Shown: one piece after another, positions 40,398 to 52,735 of the stretch
Layout: every line of letters begins with the position of its first letter
Position numbering within the stretch: the stretch's first letter is position 1
Source: Ascidiella aspersa
Taxonomy: Eukaryota
Direction: 5' to 3'
Assembly: GCA_963924565.1 (NCBI GenBank)
Contig: OZ004607.1
Location: forward strand, 12,028,001 to 12,092,000
DNA: 64,000 bases
The notes under the pieces: model-generated
Seen by the model: the letters and a program-made list of their open reading frames with translations, nothing else
Database searches by the model: none
What the model was told of the DNA's origin: nothing
Program-made: the position numbers and the translations under genes

Positions 40398-42055
40398 TCA
40401 CAAATACACACGACAAGTAATTTCTAAATTTATTAAAGATGTCTCAGCACAAAAAAATATTTTTTCCACCTCAAGTTTCCTTGCAGCAAGCTGAGCTTGT
40501 GCGATGTCGACCAGTGCTTGTTGCACTCTGGCAAGTTGCAACTCTCCGTGGTTGACAAACGATCGGAGTTTCGTTGCTGCTTCCTGATTTTCATGCTCCA
40601 GTTGGGTCAAGTAGGCAGCCTAGCATAATAAGTTTTAAAGTCTTACAAACAGCAATTTATGTATTTTTTTATCTGGATCATATTTTGGAACACAATACAC
40701 GGGTTTTTTTAGTAAAGTGACTTGTTTTCTACACTGATGATGGCATGAGGTATTGCTGAAACGTCTGTAAACGGCAAAATGTTGATTTTATGAAACATAA
40801 TGGATTAATATTTTTATTGAAATCAATGTGAATTCATTATAAAAATTGAATGAGACATGCTTAGTATTAATCGTGAATAAGTCCACACCTGTAATTGAGG
40901 GGTGCTGTCTTCACTTGGCAAGGAATCTATCAACATGTCAATGTCCTTAGCTGTTCTTGTGACCAGGTTGCAGAACAATGCAATTGTTTCTAAACGATAA
41001 AGGAAAGGCTGCAATAAATAAAAATGAACTTATGCATACATTACAGGGTTAATTTATACAAGATTAAAATTTGCACTCAAAGAGGCCTATAATTAGCACG
41101 CCAGGCAAAACAACACTACTTAAAAATGTTGACACGCAGTCTGCACATTTTTATTTTATTTAATGGTTTTGACCAGATTTGAGCTGACTTTCTAAGCTGG
41201 TGGATTGACATGGTTATTGCCTGATTGCCCCTGATTATTTACAACACTATTGAGCATTTGGAGGTGGTCTGAAACTGTAGGTTCAAACTGGGGAACCACA
41301 AACCCTGAGGTGACATTTGTATGCTCAGGGGGCCTTTCGGCATCTAGGAGAAAGGATATTTGGAACTCTTTAACGAAATATTTTTTTCGATTTGCAAGCC
41401 TTTTTATACAATTCTTTGTGTACGATTAGAGTACAATAAATCAACCGAGATTTTTTCACATTATATTGATTTGTGTTTTTCCAGTTCCGTTTATGGTGAC
41501 ATTACAGTAAATCATTTTAAAGCTAAACTAGCACAATGGGTTTATGAATTTTAAGGGGTTCTGCTAGCCATAAAAAGTTTTGAACCACTAATTTAAACCC
41601 ACAACTCAAGTTTTCATGAGACAAGAGTAGCTGGAACACTATAACATAATCACTTTTGTTTTGATATTACTGAGACAAAAGCTGCATACCATCATTATTA
41701 ACAGCAGGTGGTTTGGTTCCAGTTTTTTCTAATCCAGCAAATGACCCGGGAGGAGCCGTTTGTTGCAAGATGCCAACGCTGTTGCAAAAGTGGGTGGCAA
41801 GCTAAACGTGCAGTAAAACAATTAAAATTACAATAATGGTCACGAAAGCTTAAAATCTGAAGCTCTAAAAGATTATATGTAAAATAACAAACCAAGTATA
41901 TGTAAAATAACAAACCAAGAGTTTAGCTGGAGATGACCAGATTTTACACACAACAGAAAATATTTTTTAAGCAAAGATATGAAAGAAGGAGAAAAAGCTA
42001 GCAAGTTACTTACTTGATTAACAGCATCTTGCAGTTGTGTTAGTCGATCAGACAT
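40398..42055 (-). CDS. MED21: Mediator of RNA polymerase II transcription subunit 21
   Basis: Exons 42055-42014 (MSDRLTQLQDAVNQ), 41801-41690 (LATHFCNSVGILQQTAPP...), 40989-40889 (...RTAKDIDMLIDSLPSEDSTPQLQ), 40619-40398 (...LEHENQEAA...VQQALVDIAQAQL). The extreme C-terminus is uncertain because of a possible donor near 40470. Confidence 0.95.
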
Positions 42056-42419
42056 TTTCAGAAACAAACAATTACCAAAGCTATATATTTATATATAATT
42101 CAAACGAAAAGTAATCTAAAAAGTACAAAAATAAACTTTTTGTTAAACAGCAAAATAACAAATCAATAGAATTTCGAACATGGTAAAATGTGTTTAGCGA
42201 AACAAAATTTCTGTAAAGATAGCAATGAAATACTACTAACAGTAGCAGTTAATACAAACGAAACCTGTAAAAAACAAAGATTCCATGTAGAATAGCAGAA
42301 AAACATTTGACTTTTCACAATTTTCCTTATTGTATACAAAAAAGTAAAGCATACTAAAAATGGTACAGTTATTGCTTTTGTATAGCGTATAGTTCTAACA
42401 GTTTCGTTGCAGCTACACT

Positions 42420-42530
42420 GTTTACCCGGCCCTAGAAATGTCCAATAATGTTGGATCGAAACCAAAAACCGGCGAAAAATGGAAGTATCTGTACTCGTCC
42501 AATTCTAGGGTGGCATCGGTGCATACCAAA
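42420..42530 (-). promoter_or_regulatory. Putative MED21 promoter and non-coding first exon
   Basis: Local CpG cluster in CpG-poor DNA; YY1-like CCATTTT and TGCCACCCTA on the minus strand; donor CCGG|GTAAAC near 42425. Confidence 0.4.
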
Positions 42531-42830
42531 TTAATGCAATGTGCAAAACAGCCATGTTTTGCAGTACAACATAGAGTTTTTTAGTGTGAAAGGAAATCCA
42601 GGTCTAATACCCTACAAATCCTTACTATAGCACTTTTAAATTCAACCAAATAATCAATTTTGCTCATTTTGCAATATTAAGATGTCGTTCGGTATCGGAT
42701 TGAATGGTTGTTGTTTTTTCAAAATAATGGGTATTAGACTAATTGGTATGGGAATAAAATATCAAGTATCAGACATCCCTACCCAACAATAGATAGTACT
42801 TTGCATTTGGTAGAATCAACTTATCGGCAT

Positions 42831-43280
42831 CTATTTCTGACCAACGCCTTTCATTAAAACACCTTGCTCAGTTGCACTCAAATCATCATCTGTAGCCTCA
42901 TTTTCTTTCACAAAATTTCTGACACTGTGTCTGTTCGTGAAGTTGTCCAGCAGGCTGTAGAGCAGTGGAACTTGCACTGAAGTTTCGCTGTCTTGCACAT
43001 TCAGCTCTTGACACAAAAACTCACGCTGGAGTTGTACATCGGGCTGTCCTGTTTCCGCCACCAGAACCGAATCGGTGTATTTGTAGTTGTTAAAGATGAG
43101 ATACTCGCGTATGAGGTCGTTGATCAGCAAGTTTTCATTGGACAGCCTTGGCTTTTCACTTGTGGGATCATCAAGCGCTTTAAAGACTTCAGTTCGGACG
43201 CGAGCTTTTAGCTCTCCCAGTATACCTTTGCTTTCTAGAGTTTCAGTCAGAGCTTTTTTCAGTGCTTCAACAGTTGCCAT
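42831..43280 (-). CDS. CEP20: Centrosomal protein 20 / FOPNL / FOR20 (TOF-LisH protein), single coding exon
   Basis: 149-aa ORF MATVEALKKALTETLESKGILGELKARVRTEVFKALDD...ENLLINDLIREYLIFNNYKYTDSVLVAETGQP...PLLY matches FOPNL along its full length. Confidence 0.93.
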   Translation of the reverse strand: MATVEALKKALTETLESKGILGELKARVRTEVFKALDDPTSEKPRLSNENLLINDLIREYLIFNNYKYTDSVLVAETGQPDVQLQREFLCQELNVQDSETSVQVPLLYSLLDNFTNRHSVRNFVKENEATDDDLSATEQGVLMKGVGQK

Positions 43281-43479
43281 AGCGTTTGTTATAACACATA
43301 TATTTTTCGGAAAAAGTGATAGCTAATAAATATAATAAAACAAAATTTATTTATCCAAATTAGCTTTGAATGCCTTTCTTTTAAAGCAGTGGTTCTTAAA
43401 CTTTTTCACCAGGCAGACCCGTTACACATCCTTGTTATTAGGAATTTTACAAGTTTTTCTAAGAAGAAACAATAACGGC

Positions 43480-43675
43480 GCTGGTCTAGAATCCTACCAC
43501 AGCTATTAAATCAAAGCACAATATTTTGGTTAGGGTGAGAGTTAGCGTTTGGGTGTGGGTTGCTCAAGTATTATTATATTCATTATTTACTAATAATACT
43601 TGTCCCACCCTAAACCAAACGCTAACTCAAACCCTAACCCAAATAATTTGCGTTGTGGTAGGATTGTAGACCAGC
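43480..43675. repeat. ~200-bp foldback (palindromic) MITE with degenerate TTAGGG/CCCTAA arms
   Basis: GCTGGTCTAGAATCCTACCAC ... GTGGTAGGATTGTAGACCAGC; inner GGTTAGGGT.GAGTTAGCGTTTGG / CCAAACGCTAACTCAAACCCTAACC; a second half-copy at ~44335-44406. Confidence 0.8.
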
Positions 43676-43691
43676 AACAAAATAACTTACT

Positions 43692-44197
43692 GTAGGTTCC
43701 TCTTTTCCCCCAATTTTTTCACTCCCGGGAAACGGGATTGAAAAATGAAAATTCCCGGAAATCCCGGGATTCCAGACAAAAAAATTATACCTAAAATTTT
43801 GTCATTATGACGTTTAAAATTATTTTATATTAGCTCCAAAGATTTAATTAAGCTTATTAATGTTCTGTAGTCTTGCTTCTGCAATCTTACAAGACCTTCT
43901 CACACATTCAAGTCAGCACCCTGTTTTGTTTTTATTTGGAAAAAAACACATTTTTTTGGTAGAATAAATTTAATTAGTTTTTTTCCACTGGTAAGCGCAA
44001 ATAAAGCAACTTAGACAACAACTTTAACAGGGTTGGTAATATTTTTTTCTTTCTATCAGTCAAAAACGACAAATTTTTTAAGTTTTGCTATGTTGCTGAA
44101 TAACCAAGATTAAAAAATTTTCCCGGGATTCGGGATTGTTAATTCGCGGAAAATACCAGGAATTTTCCGTTGAAACATTCCCGGAGAGGAACACTAC
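43692..44197. mobile_element. MITE with TTCCCGGGA subterminal repeats
   Basis: gtaggttcctct / agaggaacactac ends; CCCGGGA clusters at both ends. Confidence 0.6.
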
Positions 44198-45420
44198 ATA
44201 AGGTACTCTAAAAGTTTATATCAATCAGACCATGTTAGCTGACACTCAACAGCTAATAAAAATAATCAAAAAATGAATGTAAAAGAAGGTAAGAGGAGAG
44301 GGCTGCTTACAATTTCCTGACAGACTCTTAAATAATATTGCTCAACCTACCCAAACCAACAACCCTAACCGAAATAACATTTCTTGTGGTGGGATTCTAG
44401 ACCAGCGAAATTTGAAAACACATCCAATTAAACAAAATCAAAAATCAATTTTAACTCTTCTAAAATGGCCTATTGTTTATAAAATCTAAAATTTATAAAC
44501 CTAGAAGCAGCAAACCAAAATAAAATATTCGATAACCCAAAACTCTTAAACCATAAAAACCAAAACAATTTAACAAGTAATGACACATCTTGCTTGATGA
44601 TATTAACGTTCATTTTAAGCTACAATTTAAATAACCATCCAACTTACCGGCGTAGCCTATATTACAACGAAAATCATTTGTTGGTTTAAAATGCTAGAAA
44701 CATTTTACTTGAAACAAAAATAAACTTGGGAATGTGTCCACTCTCTTTTTTCACCAAAACAGTTTTTTTAACCTTTCCTCCAACAGACATGTTAGATCCT
44801 AATTTTTAAATTAAACCACTAAGTCACTCTTTAGGGGAATAACCGTGACTGTTCAAGCGGAATACTCTAACTAGTAATTTTAATTAGGGTTGCGGATATA
44901 ACTCGGACACTGGACCAGGCAGTCGACCCGTTTGACTCTTCCGGTTTAGGTTCGGGTTCAAGGATTTTTTCGGAATACAGTTCAGTTCAGGAACACTAAA
45001 CACGGATCTGTTGATTATCTTCAGTAGAAAGAGAGTGGCCCAAATAATAGATAAAAGATTCATTCAGTTCAGGTTTGATCATAGTTATTTTAAAACCGGT
45101 TCATACTGTTGGTCAATAATGTAGAAAATAAGGACGTATTAAAAATCAAGCAACTCATTATTAAAATATCTGAAAAATTAAAAAGCAACGTTTTATTTAG
45201 CAAATTTTTTTTTCGTTGGAGGGAAAGCTATCAAAAGGTGCTATACATATTGCATAGCCCCGTGTGGCTCACAAACTTTTCTGTACCATGTAGCCTACCT
45301 GTTATCTGTACTCCTGTCTTTTTCACTTACTAAAACTGTTTTATGCACCCTGCAAAACATTTCTGCACTGTACAACATTGGAAGCCTAATAAAAATACGC
45401 CACAAATCATCTAGTCTTGT

Positions 45421-45426
45421 TTTATT
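45421..45426 (-). terminator. Probable FoxM1 polyadenylation signal (AATAAA)
   Basis: TTTATT on the plus strand, ~1.27 kb past the FoxM1 stop, at the end of a T-rich UTR-like tract. Confidence 0.5.
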
Positions 45427-46696
45427 TGCTTACAATTTAAATGAAGATGATGGGTGCTATAGAACAAAGTATGTTTTGAAACACACGCGTAAGCTTATAA
45501 GACAAAACAAAAAAGCAGACAATCCCAGTACCAGAAAGCCGCTTAAACGAAATAAAAAAAATCTGTGAGCTATTTACAGTAAATCTAGAGCGTAAGGTAA
45601 CTATCAAGTGACAAATGGATAAAATGGCTTCGTTTTACAACTACTCTAACACGGTCGGGCTACAAAACTAACAACTAAGAAACAGTGGTTTTACCAAAAA
45701 TAAAAAAGTCACCGTCTGAAAAGTGGATAAATAATTGCGTGCTGGCTAGTGGGTAATTAATAAGACACACAAGTTACAGAAAGAGAATTACAAAAGCAAA
45801 TCTGAGAATAAAAGTTTGAAAACGCGCCGCAAATGACGCGCATGTGCAAAGCTATTAGAGGGGTTAAAAATGAGTTCGTAAAAATATGCAAGGTATACAA
45901 TGAAAACACGAAACGCTCCTAACACTGAGCCCACAAACAAAACAAGCATAAGCTGAAAAGGAATTATTGCTTTGTCGTCCATTGCAAACATCTAGTGCCA
46001 ATTAAAAAAAAAATAGGACAATTCAGCTATATGTTTAAAATTAGTTCATGAGATTAGTTAAAATATAAATGTTTTTCAGTCCGGTTAATGTATACAATTC
46101 TATAACTCGGGACTGTTTTAATAAATGTACAACGGCAATTTGAAAAGCAACATGTCGTTTAGCGTATCACTTTCAGCAAACTTTCAAGACTGTGACAAAT
46201 AAATCACCAACAATAACGCGAGGGCTTTAACAAACGAACAAACAGGACACAACGTATCGGGGAACTTAAAATAACGAAACTTTTGCACAACACAAAGAAT
46301 GACGCAACAAAATTTGAAAAAGGTGTCTTGTACGTGACTGTAACCATTACGCGACTCACAATATATACATGTTATAGTTATTTGAACAAAGTACCAATAT
46401 ATAGATGTCGGTACAAAAATTAAAAACTTTTAGTTTCAACTTTTTTGGCTTTTGAATAATACTGTTTTTTATACTGTAAGAGTCGTCTGTTCGACTAAAT
46501 TATCTAAAAGGCACATTTTATTGCAACTTTCTTGGAGAACCTGATGACATCAAATCCTTCTGTAACAAAGAAAACGCGTAACGCCATGTTAAGCACTTAC
46601 GGGGTCAAACTTTCCCATGACCATCAGCAGAAAGGTCAACAGCTTGGAAGAGAAAAATCCAAGCTATGTCGTCACAGGTTCGAGAGATATGTGCAA

Positions 46697-49600
46697 TCAC
46701 AGCTGAGTGAGACTCGACCAGCTGAGGTTCAGGTCGGCGATGTCGCTGAAGTGGTTGTTAATGCGGGAAAAGCCGCCGCTGCCACCGCTGATGTCCAGCA
46801 ACTTGCTGAAGCTGCTGTCCAGCACGTCAACCTTCACCGGAGTGGTGAGGAAGTGCTGCTCGCCCGAAGATGACGTCATGCGCTTGACGTCATCCTGCTG
46901 CGCGGTGACGTCGGCAAAGGGCACGCGCGTGGGCGAGAGACTGTCGAAGTGTCGAGCCGGGGCGATCGGGCGCTCCGGGGTCTTGAACATGGTTCCCATG
47001 ATGTCGTGGAGGAACTGGGACTCGAGATCTTCGCTCCTGGATGAAGGGATTGGAGAAGGAGTCCTCATAGGAGCCGGACGCAGCGGATTCTCCATCCAAT
47101 TGGTTCGACCGCGACAAAGTTGCGGGGGAATGTTCTCTTGGTTCTCGATGCCAGCATCACAGGATCTGATGGAAATATAAGGCGGAAACGACAATTTTAT
47201 AGTATATTTTATTTAAACGATCATATCGATCGGTTTGCAACAAAATGGTATATTACGACGTTTAGTTATTTGGAAAGTGATGGGCTGTGAAGAATGTATG
47301 CACAGTCGCACACTTCACAGTTGAGTGACTTGACCAATCTAAAATTAAAATACAAACATAAACTGCAATTGCAAAATATATTTTCGTCATATGTGTATAA
47401 TGTATATATTTAAAAAAAGTAACTTGTACTTTGCAATACAAGAGTTTCCGGGCATTTTAAACGTATTCGAAATCTAAATCGTCTAAAGGCAAGTACTTCA
47501 AACTCACAGATTTAAAAATAACCCAAAGAAAAGAAAAATCTCACTTGTAGTGCAGCGATTTTTTCCACTTTTCCTTTAGCATCGGAGTGGAGGTGGGCAA
47601 ATGGCGCTGCTGCCCCTTGACCGATGACGCGACACCGCCAACGGAGGTTTTGTCGTCGCCTCGCTTAGCCAAATCGCCGAGGTCGCTCTTGACGCGTCGT
47701 ATCTGCTGCGACATGGGCGTGGTCTCGTTCACGTTCCTGATCACTTGCATCGCAGAAGCCGATGTGGAGCCTCCGGAATAGCTGGAGTCGGGAGACCCCC
47801 AGGAGCGGCGCCGTTTGCGGTTGTTGGGGGCCTTCGGGGAGGACTTGGCGAGCGGGAAGTCCTGCGAGAAGATGCCCTTGAAAGGCGAGCCGAGGTCGTT
47901 GAGGATTTCGGTGAAGCTTTCCTCCGAGAGACCGATAGCGGTCGGTTTGTCTTCCGAGGAGGCGATGGATTGGGAGTGGGAGCGCTTGCTCTGCTTGGAG
48001 AGCTTCTTGCAGAGGAGGAACTGCGCGCCCGAGGGCGAGAGCGGGCGGCGGCGCGGGGACGGCAGAGGGGAATCACCCTCGCTGCTCTCCTGCTGCAAGC
48101 AGCGAATGAAATAAATGTTAGCACGTTAAATGTAATTCGTTACCGGCTTACCGCCGAAAGTGCAAAAAAATATACAAAGAGGATAAACTGGAAGTGTTCT
48201 CAGAGGTGAGGCTTGTAAACTGTGCAAAGCACGGGTGTTCAACATGAGGCACGCGACCTAATAAAAAATGGCACGAAAGCCCTAGCCAAAATACTTAATT
48301 TGTTATTCAGCCGATTGTCAAAAAATGCTGAATTTGTTATTCAGCCGATTGTCAAAAAATGCTGAATTTGTTATACAGCCAATTGTCATTGTTTATTCAC
48401 AATACAGAACAATCCCATCAATTACGACAACAAACAATTACTTCTGATATTATAACATTATATTGTTTTTATTTTTTGTACAAAAGCGCTTTTAATATTA
48501 GAAAAAAAAATAGTTGCTAAACTTTGGCACGGGAAGAAGTTATAAGATAAAAATTGGCACGTCGGCATGTTTGAGTTGGACACCCCTGGTGTAAAGTCGT
48601 GTTAGCATTTTTTTTATTTAATACGCGCTATAAAGAATATTCTTTATTGGCAGTACCTTCACAAAATGCAGAGATGAGTTTAGTGAATCGTTGAGCGTCT
48701 TCAGTGGCTCTTTCCTGGACTGCTTTTGATTCAACGACTTGGTTGCATTCTGCATATAAAAAAGCATGTTGATGTTGTATTATAATCTACTGATTTCCAA
48801 ATATCTGTGCAACGTACGTTAACTTGGGATAACGTCGGACTCAGTTCCTTCCCAGTAGAATGAGGTTTCATCACAGAACGAGATGACCCTGGACAAAGCA
48901 CAATGTTTAAAGTTAAGTGACTGAATTTGATTAGTTTTTAAGATGCAGCCTTTCTTAACCTGGGGTAAATTTTCTCGTTTAAGGGGGTAAATTCGATCAA
49001 TCAACATGTCCACGTCAATTGGCGAGACAGAAAAAAATTGTCAGCTGTAGGTATTGATAGCCTACTTTGCTAGTTTAAATTAACTGCTAATTCGAAGCTA
49101 GCCTAATAGCCTAATGATTCGTTATCGTCTAGTGTCGGTAACGTTATGCTTGGCTAATTGATACTTTCTATTTCTTAGTTACTTCATTGTTACGTCATGT
49201 ATGAGCACCATTTTATATATTGGGGGTAAATTTGATATTAGTCATTGCTAACAGGGGTAAAACATACAAAAAAAGGTTAAGAACCCCAGGTATAGATTAT
49301 GTAAAATCGTATATTTATCTGATATTTGTTGTAACGGCAGAAAAACTTTAAAAACATTAGAACTTGCCAGGAGTTGACTGACTAAGCATAGCGCCTGAAG
49401 GGGTGGTGTGGCTGATGTCTGAATGAAACCCAGAGTCGGCAAAAAACGATGAGCTTCCGGTTATGTCTTGGCTGCAAAAGTGGAAACGTCTGCTGTTACT
49501 CGCCGTTCAACATTTTTTTTAAACACTAATTGGCTAGGCGACATTTTTTAAACATGCGTGGTCAAAATGTACTGCTGTAAATTTAATAACTTAAAAATGG

Positions 49601-52440
49601 TTTGATTGTTTTACAATGTAAAAAGGTTACTTTACACAAATAAGAATGATAATATCAACTAAATTTACAGGGTTTACCTAGCATTGTCGAAATCGACATG
49701 GTGAGCAGAGCTTTCTGGGGTCTGGGGGGTGAGAGGGGGTTGGGTGGGGGTGCTCATCATCGGCCCATCGCTACTCTATAAAACAATGTGAAAAATACAA
49801 CATGTGATTGTAAAAGTGACTCAATTTTAATCCTTACATGCAGTTTGTTGTTAAGACTTTTACTCAACTGGAAAAAGTAAAAACATATTTCATCCAGCCA
49901 TAGAAAAGTCATATTTAACTCGCAATGAGAAGTGCAACAAAATGCTAGAATACAATTCTGCCTCACTAACCTGCAGTATTGGTACTGGCAGAAACACGTA
50001 AGGTTTCGAACAATGGGGGAGCCTGGGTAGAAGAGGTTTTTGCCCAGGGGTCTGCGGCACGGACCAGAGTTGTTGTTGTTGTTGTTGTTGCTGCTGCTGC
50101 TGTGGGGATTGCTGGGACTTGTTCAATGTACAATCTGAGAATGTATGCTGAGCACCTCCTCGCTATAAATGAAAAGGCAATTAAACAGTTGCAAAGATAT
50201 GAAAAAATATTCAAAGAATTCTTTAAGCTATGCAAACTGCCATAAGGAGTTTTTTCAACAAATGTATAATTATCTTTCAATGAACATTACACAAAACACC
50301 TTAACCCAGAAAAAAAAGTTAAGAAATGGCACATAAAATCGTCAAATGCAATGGAGAAAAGGGCTGAAAATCAACAAAAATTAAAAAATTACCAAGCTTT
50401 CTAAAGTGAGTGGCCTGACATTTAGATCAGCTCGAAGAGTCCAGTAAGAAGCCTTGGACCCAGCTGCCACCTCCCGCACAAATATATCATGCAAAGACAA
50501 GTTGTGCCTGATCGAATTTTTCCAACCTAGAATTGTAATATACTTGCAATACTGGTTTGTTAACTCTAATGTCTTAAAATACTATTTTGATGAACCATCA
50601 ATAAAGCATACTATTAATGAAAAAAACATAGAAAAAACACTTTAACCAGGGGTTAGTAAACTTTGTTTATAGTACTTCACATAACTAACTGACAGAACAG
50701 GCTACATAGTAGGGTTAATACAAAGTTGACAGTGACATATAAGTGAGACTGAGATCTATAGGTAGAAGAACAAAAACTTATGACATAAGTTAGTCTTTGG
50801 TTATAAACAAATACATTATTGCAGATTTTTGTGAACTGTGCCAGTTATATCAAAGTTTAATAAAAACATGTTAACCCAACTCATACCAGGCTTTGCAGTT
50901 TTGAAGTAGGGAAACTTCTCTTCGATCCATTGGTAGATTTGTCTTAGTGTCATTCTTCCAGAAGAGCTGCTGTTTATTGCAAACTGGATAAGAGCCATGT
51001 AGGAGTAGGGTGGCCTTCCGCGTCTGTCCCTCTGCTAATAAGCAGAACAAATATTTTATAATATTTCACAACTAGCCTGTAAAGTTCCTCTTTTAATTTG
51101 CTTTTTACTATACATATATACAAGCTACTTAGTCAAAAAAAAAAAGATAGTTTGTAAAGTTTGTTGTATTACCAATGCTGTTTATCCAAGTCAATGCTGT
51201 TTATCTAAGTTTCGATAATTTTATCAATGTTATATACAACTCTTAACAATAACTATTGTTTTTTTAAACAATTATATTTATAGGTGATGATAATTTAATG
51301 ACAATCAAGTTAATAAAGTTTGACACAAAACATTACATGTGGCCTGCAAGTGTTGCACCTAAGTGTATTCTTTGAAACACACATAATTCTCATAACAAGG
51401 CAAAATATAGATTTAGAAAGTAAAGAACATACTTCTGCATATTTCCTTTCTAGTTCCAACGGCACTGGCATAAAGTTGTCGACACCCATTCTACCTAGCC
51501 ATGTAATGTTGGTAAGACTGTCATCCATGGGACAACCATTAAAATTGGTGTTTATATGCATAGGTTGATTGGGATTGAAATACTGTAAAGGTTGCTGCTG
51601 TTGGTAGGCAGGAACTGCAAAAAAAGGAAGTTGAACACTTTATAATGAGTAACTGTAATTACGTAGAAAAACAACTCATAAACACAGACCTGTCTGTGGC
51701 TGAAACAGGTTTTGAAAAGGCATTCCACTAAAATGGGGTTGGTTGGAAATTGGCTGACCAATGTTGTTTACAAAAATCTGCTGATTTGCAAACTGATTTG
51801 GGTTGTTAAAATTGCCAACAACCGAAAAATTACCATTTCTAATGGAACCATTAAAGGTATTCTGAAATGGGGCACTATTGGTGTTTTGGAAAAAGTAGGT
51901 TGCATTTTCTCCAATGTCTTCTTTTATAAAAGTTTGTCCAGAATGGTTTGCTGTAATATTGCCGGATGGGAGGCATTGGTTTGAAACAGAAAAACAATTT
52001 TCAGGTGTTTGTATCTGTTGACTAATCTCTGAAACAGGCCATCCATGAGACTGTTCCACCTTGACATCAACACTACCATTGTGATTTGACATTGCACTGT
52101 TGCAGACCGGTTGAGTGGGCAATTGTGGGGTTGGTAATGTGGGATATTCTTCGATTTGTTCAACCTTAACTTTAGGTGAGGAAGCTTTTTTCAATACTGA
52201 TGGTCGTTTCAGCTCAATATCTGTCATACTTTTTAAACGCGGCATTTTCACATGTTTGCCCATAGTTGTTGCAGAGTTGGGTTGTATATTACCACTAGAG
52301 TTCCGCCGCAATAGTATGATCGGCCTGTGTGACTTGATTTTTGGCTTTATTATGGCTGCATGTACTTTTCCCTTGGCCAGTTGTGGCATTAAGGTTGTCT
52401 TTTCAGCAGAGCCTAAACTGGTTGAAGGGCCGCTGGCCAT
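46697..52440 (-). CDS. FOXM1: Forkhead box protein M1, ~929 aa
   Basis: 11 coding exons: 52440-51690, 51614-51433, 51034-50887, 50526-50393, 50162-49971, 49775-49678, 49471-49368 (GC donor), 48888-48818, 48749-48657, 48092-47545, 47165-46697 (total 2790 nt). Forkhead [58 protein letters not shown]; FoxM-type motifs SLTNITWL, PLTLE, KPLLPR and C-terminal DSSFSKLLDIS...LSWS. Confidence 0.92.
48230..48588. mobile_element. hAT (Charlie-like) MITE in a FoxM1 intron, with an internal 34-bp tandem repeat
   Basis: CACGGGTGTTCAAC / GTTGGACACCCCTG; TSD gtgcaaag/gtgtaaag; aatttgttattcagccgattgtcaaaaaatgctg x~2.7 at 48297-48388. Confidence 0.85.
50069..50103 (-). repeat. Coding CAG/CAA microsatellite (poly-Gln) in FoxM1
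   Basis: Plus strand (gtt)n(gct)n; translates as PQQQQQQQQQQQL. Confidence 0.85.
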
Positions 52441-52735
52441 TTTAGATTGCTGTTCGATCAAAACGTTTGACAAATTAAAGTCAGGCTTTCCATGGATCAA
52501 AGCCCCAACATTGGCAGTGTGAAACTCAGTTGAAATATATACATTAAGTAATAAGTGCCTAAACGTGGACAAATCCACTCGTATATATGCAACCCTAAAA
52601 AAAAACATTTTGATTAAAAATGGCAAACTTTTTCATTTCAAAGCAGTGTTTCTGTCCACGTATATGTATTCAGTTTAATAAAGCACAAGACCAAATCTCG
52701 CATTAAACACTAATATGATTGTTATCAATCTAGCA

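Noticed and set aside
42056-42830. Extension of the operon to MED21
   Set aside because: A promoter-like CpG cluster with a donor at ~42420-42530 suggests MED21 has its own TSS.
43520-43645. Interstitial telomere or chromosome fusion site
   Set aside because: The hexamers are few, degenerate and enclosed by MITE-like TIRs.
46532-48209. Plus-strand ORFs of 100-157 aa
   Set aside because: Antisense shadows of the GC-rich FoxM1 exons.
48297-48388. 34-bp repeats of CRISPR-like length
   Set aside because: Head-to-tail with no spacers, inside a MITE in a eukaryotic intron.
52441-52626. N-terminal extension of FoxM1 in ORF 51676-52626
   Set aside because: It starts at a non-ATG codon inside an intron; the acceptor is at 52594 and the first in-frame ATG is at 52440.
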